NCBI GenBank assembly: GCA_002633005.1
Contig: NMRA01000572.1
Coordinates: 70,981 to 110,293 of the forward strand
DNA length: 39,313 bases
From: Phoronis australis
Taxonomy: Eukaryota; Animalia; Phoronida
Direction of reading: 5' to 3'
A program made the translations under genes and the position numbers. Below the pieces are notes generated by a model. The model had not been told where the DNA came from and did no database searches. It worked only from the letters and a program-made list of their open reading frames with translations. Below are positions 1-12,904 of this stretch, piece after piece (position 1 is the first letter of the stretch; the number at the start of each line of letters is the position of its first letter).

Positions 1-480
1 TCCTTTTTTGGTTTCTGCCGGACCCATTCCAGAGTGCAATTTGTCTGTCATGGGTCATTTGGTGTTCAGTGCGGTACTATTGTTCGTTTAAAATCAGTTT
101 TGGCCGGTACCTCGAAAATCTAGTCTAGCTCAAATTTTTGATGGCATACCATGGTTGAGATTTTTGGGGGTTTCTGCCGGGCACAACCCAGAGTGTATTT
201 TGTCTGTCATAGGGGTTTTAGTGATCTGTGACATGTATTGAATCACATGGAATTGGTTTTGTGTGGTACCTCGAATGTATGTGCTAGCTCATTTTTGGGG
301 TTCCTTTTTTGGCTTCTGCCGGACCCATTCCAGAGTGCAATTTGTCTGTCATGGGTCATTCGGTGTTCAGTGCGGTATTATTGTTCGTTTTAAATCAGTT
401 TTGGTTGGTACCTCAAATATCTAGTCTAGCTCATTTTTTGGGGTCTTTGTAAGGCTCCCAGGGGTCACACCCAGAGTGCA
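1..480. repeat. Tandem array of ~141-159 bp monomers with a ~301 bp higher-order period, truncated by the window edge
   Basis: CCAGAGTG recurs at 29, 188, 330 and 471; GACCCATTCCAGAGTGCAATTTGTCTGTCATGGGTCATT is identical at 21 and 322, while the intervening monomer is more diverged. Confidence 0.85.
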
Positions 481-939
481 GACAACGGCAGACGTCCATT
501 TCTGTACATACTGAGGTGGACTTTAAATGCTCCCGTGGTCAGATGTTGGTACCTCGTTCATCTATGCTAAGTGCTCTGGGCTGCCGGTCTATGACTGAAC
601 GTGCTGGATGAGATACTTGGGGTCGTAAACCAACACCTGTTTAGCGTATGATTTTCAAAGTCAAAAAACAAAACAATAAGTAAGGCAAATGACCAAAATG
701 ACTACTTTTAAAATTAAAAGTAAATAGCAGCCATCTTTTAATTTTTAAAATCAATACAGTACAAGAAATATTAGCCAAGAAAGGTTTTCTTCAGCATCGC
801 AGCATAGCCATGAGTATTAATTTATAAATAGATTACCACGGGTTAGTCACAGTCTGGCTTAGGCATTGAGGTAACAAAATCTCAAATCATTAGCGTAGGA
901 GTTGTTTCATTAGTTCTTTTAAGAAATCAAAATACGTAC

Positions 940-1080
940 CTTTTAAAGCATTCCAATCTACAAACAAGGATGCACAGAGAGCTAAGACCACGATGGCAAG
1001 GAGCAGAACAATGAACAGGTGATTTCTATATTTTTTCTGCCTTTTTCCACTTTTGGTGTTGTTTTCTTCTGACTTACTCC
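940..1080 (-). CDS. Internal coding exon with the single TM helix of a type II membrane protein (ASPH/junctate-like architecture, tentative)
   Basis: Acceptor ...tacatttcag|GG and donor AAG|gtacgt; 141 bp, phase 1-1, open frame SKSEENNTKSGKRQKKYRNHLFIVLLLAIVVLALCASLFVDWNALK (basic cluster followed by ~20 hydrophobic residues). Confidence 0.8.
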
Positions 1081-1892
1081 CTGAAATGTACTACAGAACA
1101 TAAACTCATAATTTGTCACAAAGTACATCTATGTCAAAATGCTGGCCATTTTGGGAAACTAAAATAGTTCTGTGGAGTTAACATGGTGCAGATTGTTTGA
1201 AATTATTTGCTTCTTGTTTAAAAAGACAGATTGTTGTTTCTGCTTTACAAGACAAATGATTGAAATAGTGTTGCATAGTGGTACTTATTTTTATTATTTC
1301 ACAGTGAAAATGATAGTGCCATACCAAGTAAGTGAAATTAATGTGTGAACAGGAAGATATTAACAGTTCTTGGAATGTCTTCCTGGTGTAACCAATAGTT
1401 GCTTTTGTAAATTAGCGGATATGGAAATTAGGACAAAGAAATAGGATGTGGAACTGACACTATGGTTGAATTTTTGCTCAGAGAGAAGCCTGTACAATGA
1501 TTATCTGGTTTCAGATGGTGTGCTTATACCAGGTATTTCCAGTGAATAGTCCATCCTAAATGTAGGCTTACCAAACTATTATTGGACTCACAATTATATT
1601 TTCCATAATTTATAGGATTGTCGATGTGTCAGAAGGTAGCAGACACAAACAAAGCTTAAGAAGGAATAGAAACTGTTTAATTTAGAGCTGTCGTGCTTTA
1701 GAAATCACCTAAATTCAAGTGACATGAAATTTTATCAAAATTTGGTCAGAAGTAATCATAATCTGTCAATTCTTGCCCCAACATAATTAGACGAGTAAGG
1801 AACAAGACAAGACCAAGTTTATAGTATGTAGCCTAAACTAAAATTTGATTTTTTGACAGAAAGCACGAATTAACGTCACTATTATCATTTCT

Positions 1893-2027
1893 TTAATTAC
1901 TCTGCGCGTGCAAGCACAGAGTACTGTTCTTCAATTTTATTACTTTGTGTGTGCAAGAGCAGAGTTTTGCTGTTCCACGTATTTTATCTTCTTATTCTTA
2001 TTATTACTCTGCGTGTGCAAGCGCAAA
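1893..2027 (+). mobile_element. Three stacked 5' heads of a Helentron-associated (HINE/DINE-1-like) element
   Basis: Three copies of a TTATTACTCTGCGCGTGCAAGCGCAGAGT-like hairpin with CTT/ATT-rich spacers; same head as 6149-6250. Confidence 0.6.
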
Positions 2028-2665
2028 GTCATAAGGGTCAGCATGGTCAGAAAGCTCCTCCAACTAACCCCTTGTTACTGCAGGTTGCTCATGAATAGAG
2101 CTTCCTCAAAATAGTTTCAATAGAGCTATTGTGAGTCAGCCACACCAGCTGGGGATTACCTGATTGCTGAACCATAAACCTGTGCTTGCAGAAAATGAGA
2201 TTGTCATACTCACAAATTTAGCCATTTATTCTTAATTTCATGTATACCATTAAAATTGTCGATCAAAAACATCTTTGTTTGCGTTCGAACGGTACGGTGA
2301 AATTTGATGCACAACTTCCCGATTCATAAAAATATTGCACACACGAGAAGCTGTATATTAATGCCCATGTGATGCGGTCCCATTCAGTTGACAAAAATGG
2401 TCGGTTAAAGCTCAAAAAGACTGAAAATTTTATTCTGAAGATACCTAAAACTTGATATCTTACTTTTTGTGTGACAGGGCCAAGAAACGGTTACTTACTT
2501 AGCATTTTATGGAATTGAATGAGAACTATTTTCTTGCCCACTGACAACCGACTGTAGTACGTAGACGACAAGTGACCATGCAGCGCTCCACTTGGATTGC
2601 TAATTCTCATGTGGCAACAGTGCAGATGTGCGTGCGTGCAAGCTTCACGTGTTGGAGAGATTAAC

Positions 2666-3979
2666 TACCGAAACCGCCCTAATAAGTCCCCATGCCCCTA
2701 TAAGTGCCCCCCTAGCGTTTTCAGACTTACTACTAAAATAAGCGCCCAGTGCATGAGTGCCGCCGTACTTGCAAAAATGCCTTACCTATACAGTTAAAAT
2801 TGTATAGACCTCTTCAATTTATCAACAAGAAAGGACAGTCTTGAAAAAAATCATTGTGTGCGAAATTTGTAGACCACGAGCCTCGCCGCTATGTCAGTAT
2901 TAGTCGTGAATGTACACTCCAAACTTCCGCCGTGCTTTAAAAAGAACGCAAAAGTTTTGCTGATCTTGCAAGGGACGTGTTCAATTATGTTCTGGCCTTT
3001 CAGAGTGTACTTGTCAATGGGATTGTGGTATCACAGTATCTTTCCCGTACAGATCTTCTCCCTCAACAGGAATCCAAATTTTCTGTATATTATGTGAAAA
3101 CTGCGAAATGAAGACTAATAAAAACTAGACCTCAGTTAGAAGCACGTGGCCAAGAAGCGCGAGATACATACAAGTACCTGTCATCGAATATTAGTCTTTG
3201 GGAACTATCCATTCATGAAAGGGGTAGCATTATCGGCGAGAAATCAATACTGGCACTTATTTCCAAAAGTTTCTACTATCCTAGAAACGTTTGCATTATT
3301 TTTATGAGGAATTACTAAATTAATCGTAATTGGGGTTTTTAAAGTCAAAATGACAAACTGATAGTGAAAACTTCCGCTCCCTTACACCCCTGAATCTCCT
3401 GATCGTTACATCGCGTTCACTCTGGCAAATGATCTCTGATGACACGCACTCGCTCGTTAACTCACACACGCAGAGGAACTTCAAATAAACATCACGTGAC
3501 AACAACATGAGTGTTCGTCCAGAGATTTTCTCGACTTGCAGAGTACGATCTAGCGCAGATATGGACTTTATATGTAGTAAATTCCGACTTCACGGGAACT
3601 TAAAAATGTTAGGGACGCTATTTTGAAAACTTAAGGACTTCAGGTAATTAGTTGAGTCGAAACTATATTTTTACTCATGAATTCAAGTTAACCTATTGGC
3701 GATCGTGAGGCAGTGACGCATCAGTCGGCGGGTTTTCGCACTGGGATTTTCTGAAAAATGCTCGTGATTTAACAACAAATTTTGATAGCAATGCACTGTA
3801 ATTTTGTAGAAACTCTGTCATAGGTTACAGATGCGTAAATTTTATAAATTCTAGCTTATGATTTCACCTGTTTCGGAGACCGGGTTTCAACTATTTTGGG
3901 CTATAATAAGCGCCACCTCCCCCTTCCAGAAGCGAATTTTTCTAAGCACCGTGGGCGCTTATTTGGGAGAATAGGGCAG
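2666..3979. mobile_element. Degenerate non-autonomous TIR element (TA/CCG-type end, Tc1/mariner-pogo-like)
   Basis: Left TACCGAAACCGCCCTAATAAGTCCCC and right GGGCGCTTATTTGGGAGAATAGGGCAG are imperfect inverted ends; ATAAGCGCC-like motifs repeat near both ends. Confidence 0.4.
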
Positions 3980-4409
3980 TTGTTTGACGAAATAAATGTT
4001 TGAAAAACTAACTCAGGTGTTTCTTGTGTTTGGGAATGTTTATTTTCGATACTCCGTGACTCAATGAATTGTCAACGTACAGTAAGGTCAAGAGCGGCTG
4101 TCTTATCTCGAACACCCGCGCCGCTAACTTGCCGTTGCGTGAAACACGCTATGTAATGAAGCTAAGAATCGGAAGTTTTGAAGCGGACATGAGCCAGTCG
4201 TCAATCAAAAGTTACTGCAACAGCAGTACTCGAGAACAAGTATTTGGCATGTTTAAAACTCCATGTAAAAAATACCAATGACTTTGACTGGGGGTGAGTG
4301 TAGTGAACCCGTACAACGGGAGTCTGGTGAAAAAATGGTTCCTACAGAGTCTAGATATGGTATCAGAGGTGAAAACTGTCAGTAAAACGTTTTAATATAC
4401 CGTGACTTA

Positions 4410-4755
4410 CGGGTGTAACTCAATCTCCCATAAGGGTACTTTGCTATGGAACTCATTGCCATCGGCAATGAGACAATGTACTACATTTAAATGAATTAGC
4501 CACACCTGCTGATTTTTTCTCTGTGAACTGCTCTTGTGAGAACTGCTACAAATGTCTACACACCTCGTAAAATATACATGTACTTTTGTATTTAAATTTA
4601 TTTTAAAGTTCTGTATATTTTCTTTACTGTACACTTAGCTTGTATTTTAAGTTTTTGTAGTTTGCGTTTGTAGATTTCAAATAATTGTCGGATAATAGCA
4701 CTTGTGCTTATGTTTCATTGTTAAACCTCACCGACTTTTAAATAAAGATTATTTC
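4410..4755 (+). mobile_element. 5'-truncated CR1/L2-group LINE 3' end
   Basis: From 4420 it translates SISHKGTLLWNSLPSAMRQCTTFK*, the typical ORF2 C-terminal SxxxxGxxLWNxLP motif, followed by a T-rich 3'UTR and AATAAA at 4741. Confidence 0.55.
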
Positions 4756-6148
4756 TACTATAACGAGCTGCCGGTCACATTTGTGACCTGACTGCAAATA
4801 TGAGCCGAGACTTTGGTCATCTTGTATCGTAACAAGCTACCTGGAATTTCCCACGCAAGCGAGCCCAGTTTTTGTCCTAACAAACATATTGTGCGAATCC
4901 GGCCGTTATTTCGTTGTTGCCAAATCAAGATGAACGCAAACAGAGGCGGCCCTCTTCAATGAGTTGTAAACATGTCGCGAGAAAATTCAGAAACCATTTT
5001 TGACGCGTTTTGTTGACTAGTGTTTTCGGCTACTTTTGCAAGTTTTTGGATACTCCGAAGAAAATTTCGGACTACATCATAGATATGTGACATTTCATTC
5101 TTTAACGATCAACTTACCAACCTTTTCACGAAAAAACATTTATTTTCCATGTAAGATGTCCTGATTATTCTATTACAATATCCCCCGCCGATAACATCGC
5201 ACTGCGGCACTCAGGTCGGTCCCGCTGTTTACGCGCAATGTCCTGGCAGACGATCGCGACTTGGAAATGGCTGTTGTATTTTATGGCAAGACAGCAGACA
5301 AATTCTCAAGCCCTTCTTTCTGGAACTAAGCACGCGCGTAAGTATGAGTCGCCTGTAACTCACATACGTTTCTGCCAATGATGTAACATGCACTCCTGCG
5401 ATTGAAGTGTTGGAACTAACGCGCGCACCACCCCAAAGCCGCACATCAAAAGAAAACAGCAACAGTCCTAACAAAAACAGTATACTAGCTCGACTCTGCA
5501 CATTTAAGCTGCCGGTGCCAGTTTACGATTCCTCTCAGCTCAATGCTCCTCAGAATCGCGATGTTCAATCCCGATGTTTCCGTGGCTCGATATTCCCCAG
5601 GCCCGATGTTCCATGCCCGTAGCCAGCTGTTAGCGATCTTTTTATTCACCTCTTCATACACCCTCCCCCCGCTCCAATTTTTGCTCCCGGGTCGTCAGTC
5701 GACAACGTCGTAGGTTTTTCAGACTGTTAGAGAAAACACCATACTAATTAACTCAGTGCAACTGTTCTTCAAAATTCTATTTGTATTTTTAATTGCCCAC
5801 TTTTGCACGTGCTTCGGTTTTAATTGTGAAAAAGCCGCATAGGCGAAAACAAAATGTTATGGGCGTTTTTTGAGATTTCATCTTGAAATGCTAATTTCTC
5901 TTAGTTCTGCCTGAAACATGGTCACAGTTATGAGATATTTAATATAAAGCTCAAACTCATTTTCTGCAGGATTTCTACTTTCAGAAAATGTATGCACACT
6001 CACAATAGCTTGGGGGAGGCTTTTGTGATGTGCTTATTGACATTCTGAATAGAAGTAGATCTAAGTATTGATAAACAAGATAATTACCCCCAACCAAAAT
6101 CTCTGAGCACCTGCCCAGTATGTTTATTGTTCTACATATTTTATCTTC

Positions 6149-7465
6149 TTATTACTCTGCGCATGCAAGCGCAGAGTTTTACTGTTCTACGTATTTTATC
6201 TTCTTATTACTCTGCGCGTGCAAGCAAAGAGTACTGTTGTTCCTGGGTTTTCTTCAAGTTTATTCTTATTCTTATTATTCTTCTTATTCCTCTTATTCTT
6301 CTTCCTACCAACTTTGAGGCTTAATAACTCCAAATTGGGTGCAGGTATGTTCTTTAAATTCTGCATGTGATTTTTGGCAGTACATAAATTTTGCTTCGTT
6401 ATATAATTTTATTTCATATTGCACCAGAAGAGGTCGTTTGGTGCAAAGGTCATATAATTTTCAAAATGCTACTCCTCCATGAGTTTTAAAGCTATCTTTT
6501 TCAAATTCGGTGCACAGGTACAAGTCAACATGACAATTTAAAAAGTTACTTTTCTAAGTAATCGAATAATCCAATCAGATAAAACGGGTCAAAGGTCATT
6601 CGGTGCAAACTAAAATTTTGAACTAGACCCTTCAAATTCACATCTCTGATTGGCACAGGTACTTCAATTCGGAATCCAAAGTTTTAGGTCATTTAGTGCA
6701 AACATGGGGTCATTAGGTGCATTTTTCTTCTGAAAATTTGACTTTTTTATTCACCAAGTATTCTGATGTGTCAACCGTTAGACAACTGTGATTCTCAGCA
6801 TTAAACTTAATTTTCATTGGGTTTGGCAATAATTCTCCTAAAGACGCTTATAATGCACCGGATAGGGTCAATTAGTGCAAAGGTCATCTAATGTTCAAAA
6901 TGTTATACCTCCTACATTTTTCAAGGAATTCTTTTCTATTTCAGCACACTGGTGTAAGTCAAAATGCAAATTGAACATGCTACTTTACTACGCAATAGGT
7001 CTAACCAAATCAGAAAAAATAGGTCAAAGGTTATTGAGAGCAAACTAAAATTTTGAGCTAGACACTTCAAATTCACAAGTCTGATTGGTACGTCTAATTC
7101 AATTTGAAATACGAAGTTTCAGGTCATTTAGTGCAACCATGGGGTCATTAGGTGCATTTTTCTTCTGAGAGTTTGACCAATTCATTCATGTTGTGTTCCA
7201 AAGTGCTTAAAGTAAAACATCCGTGATTCTTAGCACTAACCACACTTTTAATCGAGTTTACAATTATTCCCTCATCCGGGCTCATAACGCACCCAAAGAC
7301 ATCAATTAGTGGAAAGGTCACCAAAATATTAACATGTTATTTTTCCTACAATTTTAAAGAATTCCTTTTCAAATTGGTTAATGGGTTGCTGTCAGTAACT
7401 TCCATAACAATTCGTTTAATACACACGCGCTGAGTCCATTATTGTCACGCCATGATCTTTCTAGT
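6149..7465 (+). mobile_element. Non-autonomous Helentron-associated element (HINE/DINE-1-like) with an internal 434-bp tandem repeat
   Basis: 5' hairpin ACTCTGCGC..GCGCAGAGT (duplicated); CTT/ATT microsatellite; GTG(C/G)AAAGGTCA at 6441, 6875 and 7309 (period 434); 3' subterminal inverted copy CACGCGCTGAGT, a short stem-loop and CTAG|T at 7461-7465. Confidence 0.65.
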
Positions 7466-7835
7466 AACACACTGGTGGTCTTTGCATGACATTGGCTGGC
7501 TATACAACATGTTGCTACTTCAGCTCCTAAGACTGACAAGATGGGTCAGGTTGTGAGAAAACTGAGAAAGCCTAAATCAGGAATTCAGGATCATCGAAAC
7601 AAGACAAGCTTACACTCTACAGAACATCTGCCATTTTGTGCATTTTTAAAAACGTCAGCTAAGCAATATGATCGCTGGTTTATCTTCATACCAGTGATTG
7701 AACTCACTACTAAACAGTTTACCTGTGTCAGTTCTGTGTGTGTCTTAAATGATCAAGGGTCTTAAATTAGAAACCTAATAAGAACTTTTTAAAAATGCAA
7801 CATAAGTTTAAAAATGACAATTATAAAATCCTTAC

Positions 7836-7920
7836 TTCCTTCTGTGGCTCTTCCACTGCTACTCTCCAATCTCTCAATGACAAATGTTCCCCTTTTACCA
7901 TGACATGTAACATCCTTCAT
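7836..7920 (-). CDS. Candidate proximal alternative first coding exon of the TM-protein gene
   Basis: ATG at 7920 with an in-frame TAA two codons upstream; MKDVTCHGKRGTFVIERLESSSGRATEG + A, donor A|gtaagg; phase 1 joins exon 940-1080 in frame (AGG, Arg). Confidence 0.5.
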
Positions 7921-8091
7921 TCGTTACCACAAAATGTGTTCATTGAGAAAGAAGCATAGAGTAACTGGAAACACCTTAATTTGCAGATATATGTTCCAAT
8001 TATCCAATTGTCTTTCAAGGTTTGAGTAAACTATCATGTAGATTATTTAGTATGTTTATTTGATGTGAATTGTCTCAGCTTTGCCACAGCT

Positions 8092-8323
8092 AAAAACTAA
8101 AATTGCCACTAGGGGGCACACCCGTACTTGGATCCATCCAAGTTCGCTCATGCCGTCCCATCTTTGAAAGGAACACATGTGCAAAATTTCATGAACATAC
8201 GTCAATCGGTTTTGGAGTTAGAGCAGCGGACGCCAGACGGACGCCGGACGGACGCCGGAAGGACAGACAGACAGAGATGACGGCATATAGCGTCCACATA
8301 TAAATATGTGGGCGCATAAAAAA
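8092..8323 (-). mobile_element. 5' fragment of a second HINE-like family, inverted relative to 29137-29350
   Basis: The reverse complement matches 29137-29350: TTTTTATGCG-CCACATATTTATATGTGG hairpin, (TCCG/TCTG) microsatellite and GTGCCCCCTAGTGGCAATTTTAGTTTTT. Confidence 0.7.
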
Positions 8324-8375
8324 TGTGTCTTATATGTTCAGGGGCATACAATTCCTGGACATTGGTAGTAGTCAA

Positions 8376-8790
8376 GGTGTCGTCCATACACAGATTTAGC
8401 CTAAACTAGTTACTCATGGAACGAGTTGTTGCTAGGTTTCAGGGTTGTGTGACCGTTACTTAACTTACCGGTACTTAACTTACCGGTACTTAACTTACCG
8501 GTACTAGTGCAACTTGCAAAAACACTTGTAACAACTTACACCACCTGATCAAGGTAGGAAACTTCTAGGGTAACTTGTGTCAAGTCTAATCCCTTTGTGG
8601 CTGCAAAGCTGGCGCAAGGCAGAAGTAATTATCTGCTGCTATTACATATGTGCCCTATTCACATGTTGTCCATTGTCATGCACAGAGCGACAACTTGTGC
8701 CATATATGTGTGTAGTACACTCCACTTAAAGTGGGGCAAGTTGCAGTAGTACAAGTTGTTTTAGGGTAAGTCTGTGTGTAGACAAAAGTC
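8376..8790. mobile_element. MITE with ~30-bp imperfect TIRs (PIF/Harbinger-like)
   Basis: GTCCATACACAGATTTAGCCTAAA on the left versus TTTAGGGTAAGTCTGTGTGTAGAC on the right; recurring CAACTTG/CAAGTTG motifs; TSD not resolved. Confidence 0.4.
8457..8505. repeat. 15-bp tandem repeat (TACTTAACTTACCGG)x3
   Basis: Three exact copies read directly. Confidence 0.9.
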
Positions 8791-9185
8791 AATAGTCCTT
8801 ATTCTGATAATTACTGTGTTTACCAAATCAAGGGCAAAGTTATTGATTTGATTGTAAACCAGGAAGTGATCAGAAGGCAAAAAATATACAAGACAAACAA
8901 AGGCATCTCATATTGTAACCTGCAATGAGAAGTTTGTGAAGGGGAATTGGTAAGCTACAAAGACAGTTTTTACAGGATCAAAATACTGGAATTCTTTACT
9001 ACAATGCTCTATGAAATACTAGAGAAGATAATGTTAAATCTCACCAATTTAGGACACAAAATAGCCAACAAGTGAATTTCACTTGTTCATATTTCATAAA
9101 AGATGGTAATATAGTACCCATTCAAATAAATGCTTTTATAGCACAATATTAGCCTCGAATGGCCAGTACAACTGTGTAATAACCC

Positions 9186-9943
9186 ATATAGTTATCTCAC
9201 TAGTGAGATAACATTTTGGTGGGAAAACGAGGCCGGGTTCGAACCGAGCTGCAAGAGTTTCGGTCGTCAACTTTAAAACAGCACCACTCAGCGGCTGACG
9301 TCATTGAACGTGAATGTGCACGTGCAACAATTGCATGTTCAACAAATGGCACTGTACCGACATTTATACGCTATGAAAAATAAGACGCATAATTTCCATG
9401 AAAACAATATTTTATTACAGTGAATTTTTTCTCTCGTGTTCTCTCACTTGTAAATCACGGATCTCCAGTTTGAATGCGAGTTTCGTGTCGTCGGTATCCT
9501 TTGACTTGAGAATTGTACTCTGTTACCAGTGGTAACCTACTTAAGCAGAATCCCAGTCGAAGCTTAGTGTGATCAAATGTGAAGTAAGTTATAATAATTG
9601 CTAAACCTTAACTTATAGATTCACTTTATTTCTATTTAGTTTAAATTTTCAATTGGTAAAAGCATTATTTGACAAAATAGCTCGGCTTTTCTTAAAAGGC
9701 CACGACCCCCGGCCCCGGGACTGTGACATAGCAAGTAGTTACAAAGCTGAGGCGAGCCGAGAAAAGATAGATCGATTCATTGTAATGTTTCTCGTTCAGT
9801 ATGAGGTATAAATAGATTATTACATGTTCTCAGTCGTTATCCCCCTTTTCTAGAGCCATCATAGATTTTGGAGAATTCTCCAAAATCCACTCGGGCTCTA
9901 TAATATGGGGGATAAAGATTTCGTCATGGAATAATGTATATTT
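9186..9943. mobile_element. Hairpin-terminated non-autonomous element (Crypton-like, tentative)
   Basis: Perfect 22-bp palindrome at 9191-9212 and a ~130-bp imperfect palindrome at ~9812-9943 with a perfect 24-bp core at 9864-9887; no TIR pair or TSD seen. Confidence 0.35.
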
Positions 9944-10655
9944 ATTGTTTTTGAGGATCTATACCATGGCTACCACCAGTAATGATTCTGACTCTCACAA
10001 GTTGTGGACATTCAAGTAAAAAGCCTTTTAACAATGACTAGTTAACAAATTTGGCAAGTATTTTTGTTGGCAGTGCCGCATCCTTTTTCCAAATTTGGTA
10101 GAACCTCCTGGCGTTGGTATAAAGTGCACGTTTAAATTTCTTACGAGTCACGCAATTTCTGACCTATCCCTCAGCTCAAAATTTTTGGGCAATAGCAATG
10201 AGTAAAAAGTTAAGAGAGTATCTAAAGATCTTTCAATTTTGATTGAAAACTTTTGAAGTAACAAGACTTTTTAGCACTTTTTGTGACGGCACAATTTCCA
10301 AGACTTGGCCTTTGACCCCAAGATGTTGACAATGTGCCATGGGTCAAAAGATATTTTTAGTAAGTTTAGGCTTCGTGTCATTGCAAAAATTTGACAATGT
10401 AGAGAAATGCCATAATTAGCTTATTTTTGAAAATAATTAGCAACACACAAAAAATCAAGATAATTTTGGGGGGGTCGAGTGATCTCAAAAATGGGTCTAT
10501 TTAGGAAAAAATTCAGTTATAAGAAATTCAATGTGGTTCCTGAAACTAGAGAGACTGACATTTCAGATGAGGCCATCTCAATGTTAGTATTTTTAGAATT
10601 TTTATTTTTTGTCTCTGGGTTGACCTTTTCACAGAATTCATAAGCTTTTAGAATT

Positions 10656-12415
10656 TTGTTATCAGGCATCCAAATTTTTGAGCAAATTTTAATTCAGCAA
10701 AGTTGGCATAGATATGATCTCCCAGCAAATGCATTTAATGACTTTTTACTGGCATTGGCCACAAACTTGCTGAAAAATTCAGCATGTCAACAATTCAACT
10801 CCTGCCCAAGATGCAGGAGGGAATATTTAAGTTTCAAGATACAACAAATAAAAACTTTGAACTCTGGTAGTGCCAGTGCCATCAATAGCATTGCTGCTAA
10901 ACTATTAAACTTGGCGTCTCAGCAAATAGCGGAGCCCTTTACGAATATCATGAATTAAAATTTAAAAACAGTCACAATTCCTAGAGAATGGAAGATGGCG
11001 GTTGTTACTCTTGTTTTTAAAGATGATGAAAAGCCCAGTTGCAAGAATTATAGACCAATGTCTGTCCTCACTGCAGTGTCAAAAACTCTTGAAAGGTGTG
11101 TCCGAAAGCAGCTTCACCAGTTCCTGGGCCACAATGCCCTTCTCTCAGCAGCACAGTCTGGTTTCCGCCCTTTGCATTCCACTCTGACTACAAATATTCA
11201 TGCTACTGAGTTTATCTTTAATAATATAGATCAGAGGAGGCTTACTGGTACTGTCTTTATTGACCTTAAGAAAACCATTGACACTGTGGACCATAGTATC
11301 CTATTACAGACACCAGAATCTAATGGAGTTAATGATAATGAACTCCTTTGGTTTAGAAACTACTTATACCACCGTAAACAGGCCACCAAATACGGTGGTA
11401 TTCTTTCAGACTACTCAATCGTAATAACAGGCCTATACCTCGGGGGGGGGGGTTCCATTCTGGGCTCTCTATTATTCACTATTTTTGTTAACGTCTCCCT
11501 ACTGTCCACCACAACAGTGTCTCAGTTTTATATGCTGATGACAATGCAATTATGTCCACAGCTGGATCAGTAAAAGAACTCGAAACTGCTCTAAACAATG
11601 AGCTAGCCCTTATCCACAACTGGCTGATTCAAAATAAACTCATTTTTAAGTACTTGGGCCTTATTTTACATCCCAATCTTAAATTTAATATGCACATAGA
11701 TCACATCACAAAGAAATTATCAAAGAAAATCGATGTACTTAAAAGTCTAGGCAGATTTCTTAATGTCAGTACTCTTAAGGCACTTTACTATTCTATTATT
11801 CAGCCTCATATTGATTATTGTTTACCGGTTTGGGGGCATACTAGTGACACACTTGTCAGCAAAGTCCACTCTGCCTGTTGTATATACAGATGTATAAATG
11901 GCTTGGCTCCAGCATATCTCAGCTGAATATTCAATAGCAGTCAAGCTGTATATTCTACATGTTTTTCATATGTTTCTTTTAAAAAAATTAAAACCGAGAC
12001 CAGCAAGAGATCTTTTATGCTGCTGCTACAATATGGAATTCTCTTAGCCCAGAAATTTAACGGTCCAATTCAAAACTTAATATTACAAAGTGGCTGTAAT
12101 TAACATAACCTTTTTATACCCTACCTGTCTTAATCATGTCATTTTTCTCATTGTCATAAATACTCTCACTGTTTAGAGTCATCTCTTTTTTATTTCATTT
12201 CTCTTAGTAAAATTTTCACCATTCTTCGTCATTTATTTATTGTCTTAATTCTCAACCTGTTTTAATTGTATCTTTGTCACATATATTTAATTTTTGTTAT
12301 ATTACTTCATTGTATTATATTACTGTTTTTGTTGTTGCGGGCAAGTTTGGAAATCAGTATTATCACTGAAAAGGTCACCCTCATTTTAAATATCACAATA
12401 AATAAATAAAATAAA
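10656..12415 (+). mobile_element. Decayed, 5'-truncated CR1/L2-group non-LTR retrotransposon (reverse transcriptase ORF2)
   Basis: Motifs WKMAVVTLVFK, NYRPMSVL..VSK.LE, QSGFR, FIDLKK..DTVDH, GSILG.LLF, frameshifted YADD (~11529-11540), FKYLG and IDYCLPVWG; stops and frameshifts; 3'UTR ends in (AAATA)n at ~12397-12415. The 5' limit is approximate. Confidence 0.92.
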
Positions 12416-12904
12416 GAAAGCCCGAGATGTCGTCATAGTAGGACAAAAACTACTGCGTACTGTTTTCAAGCCGATGTAAGACCTTTGCATGTTGCAAAAG
12501 TTGGCGACTGGTGCATTATTAGACTAGTGCATTATTAGATTGCTTTTCACTTAAGCGTGTTGTTAGTAATGTGTCAGTTCACTTTCAGATTTTTCATGCC
12601 TCCACCCAGCAGGTCTTGACTTTATATTCATACAAGTTTCATGATGGGTGAGGTTTTCTTTAAAGTTTACACGCATAGATTCCTAATCGTCATTATTTTT
12701 ACGATAGCCTTCATACAGCTAGCTAACTTGCCTTCAAACAGCTAGCAAGCCTGGGTTAGCAGGATTGACAATGACAATGTCATTAGGCCCTATATGATCA
12801 TTGTCCGATTCAGCGACATTGTCAATCTGTCAACAAGAACAATGTCATATATTAAAACTGAACCACACAACCACACCAACAAACAATCCTCCAAGACCAC
12901 TCAC

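Noticed and set aside
5540-5620. CCCGATGTT-type short repeats ending GCCCGTA (similar ACTATTCCGAA repeats at ~15060-15105) as MITE ends
   Set aside because: The partner terminus and TSD could not be located, so no element boundaries are supportable.
7836-7901. Alternative reading MVKGEHLSLRDWRVAVEEPQKE of the proximal exon
   Set aside because: It ends in phase 0 and cannot join the phase-1 TM exon in frame; the upstream ATG at 7920 does.
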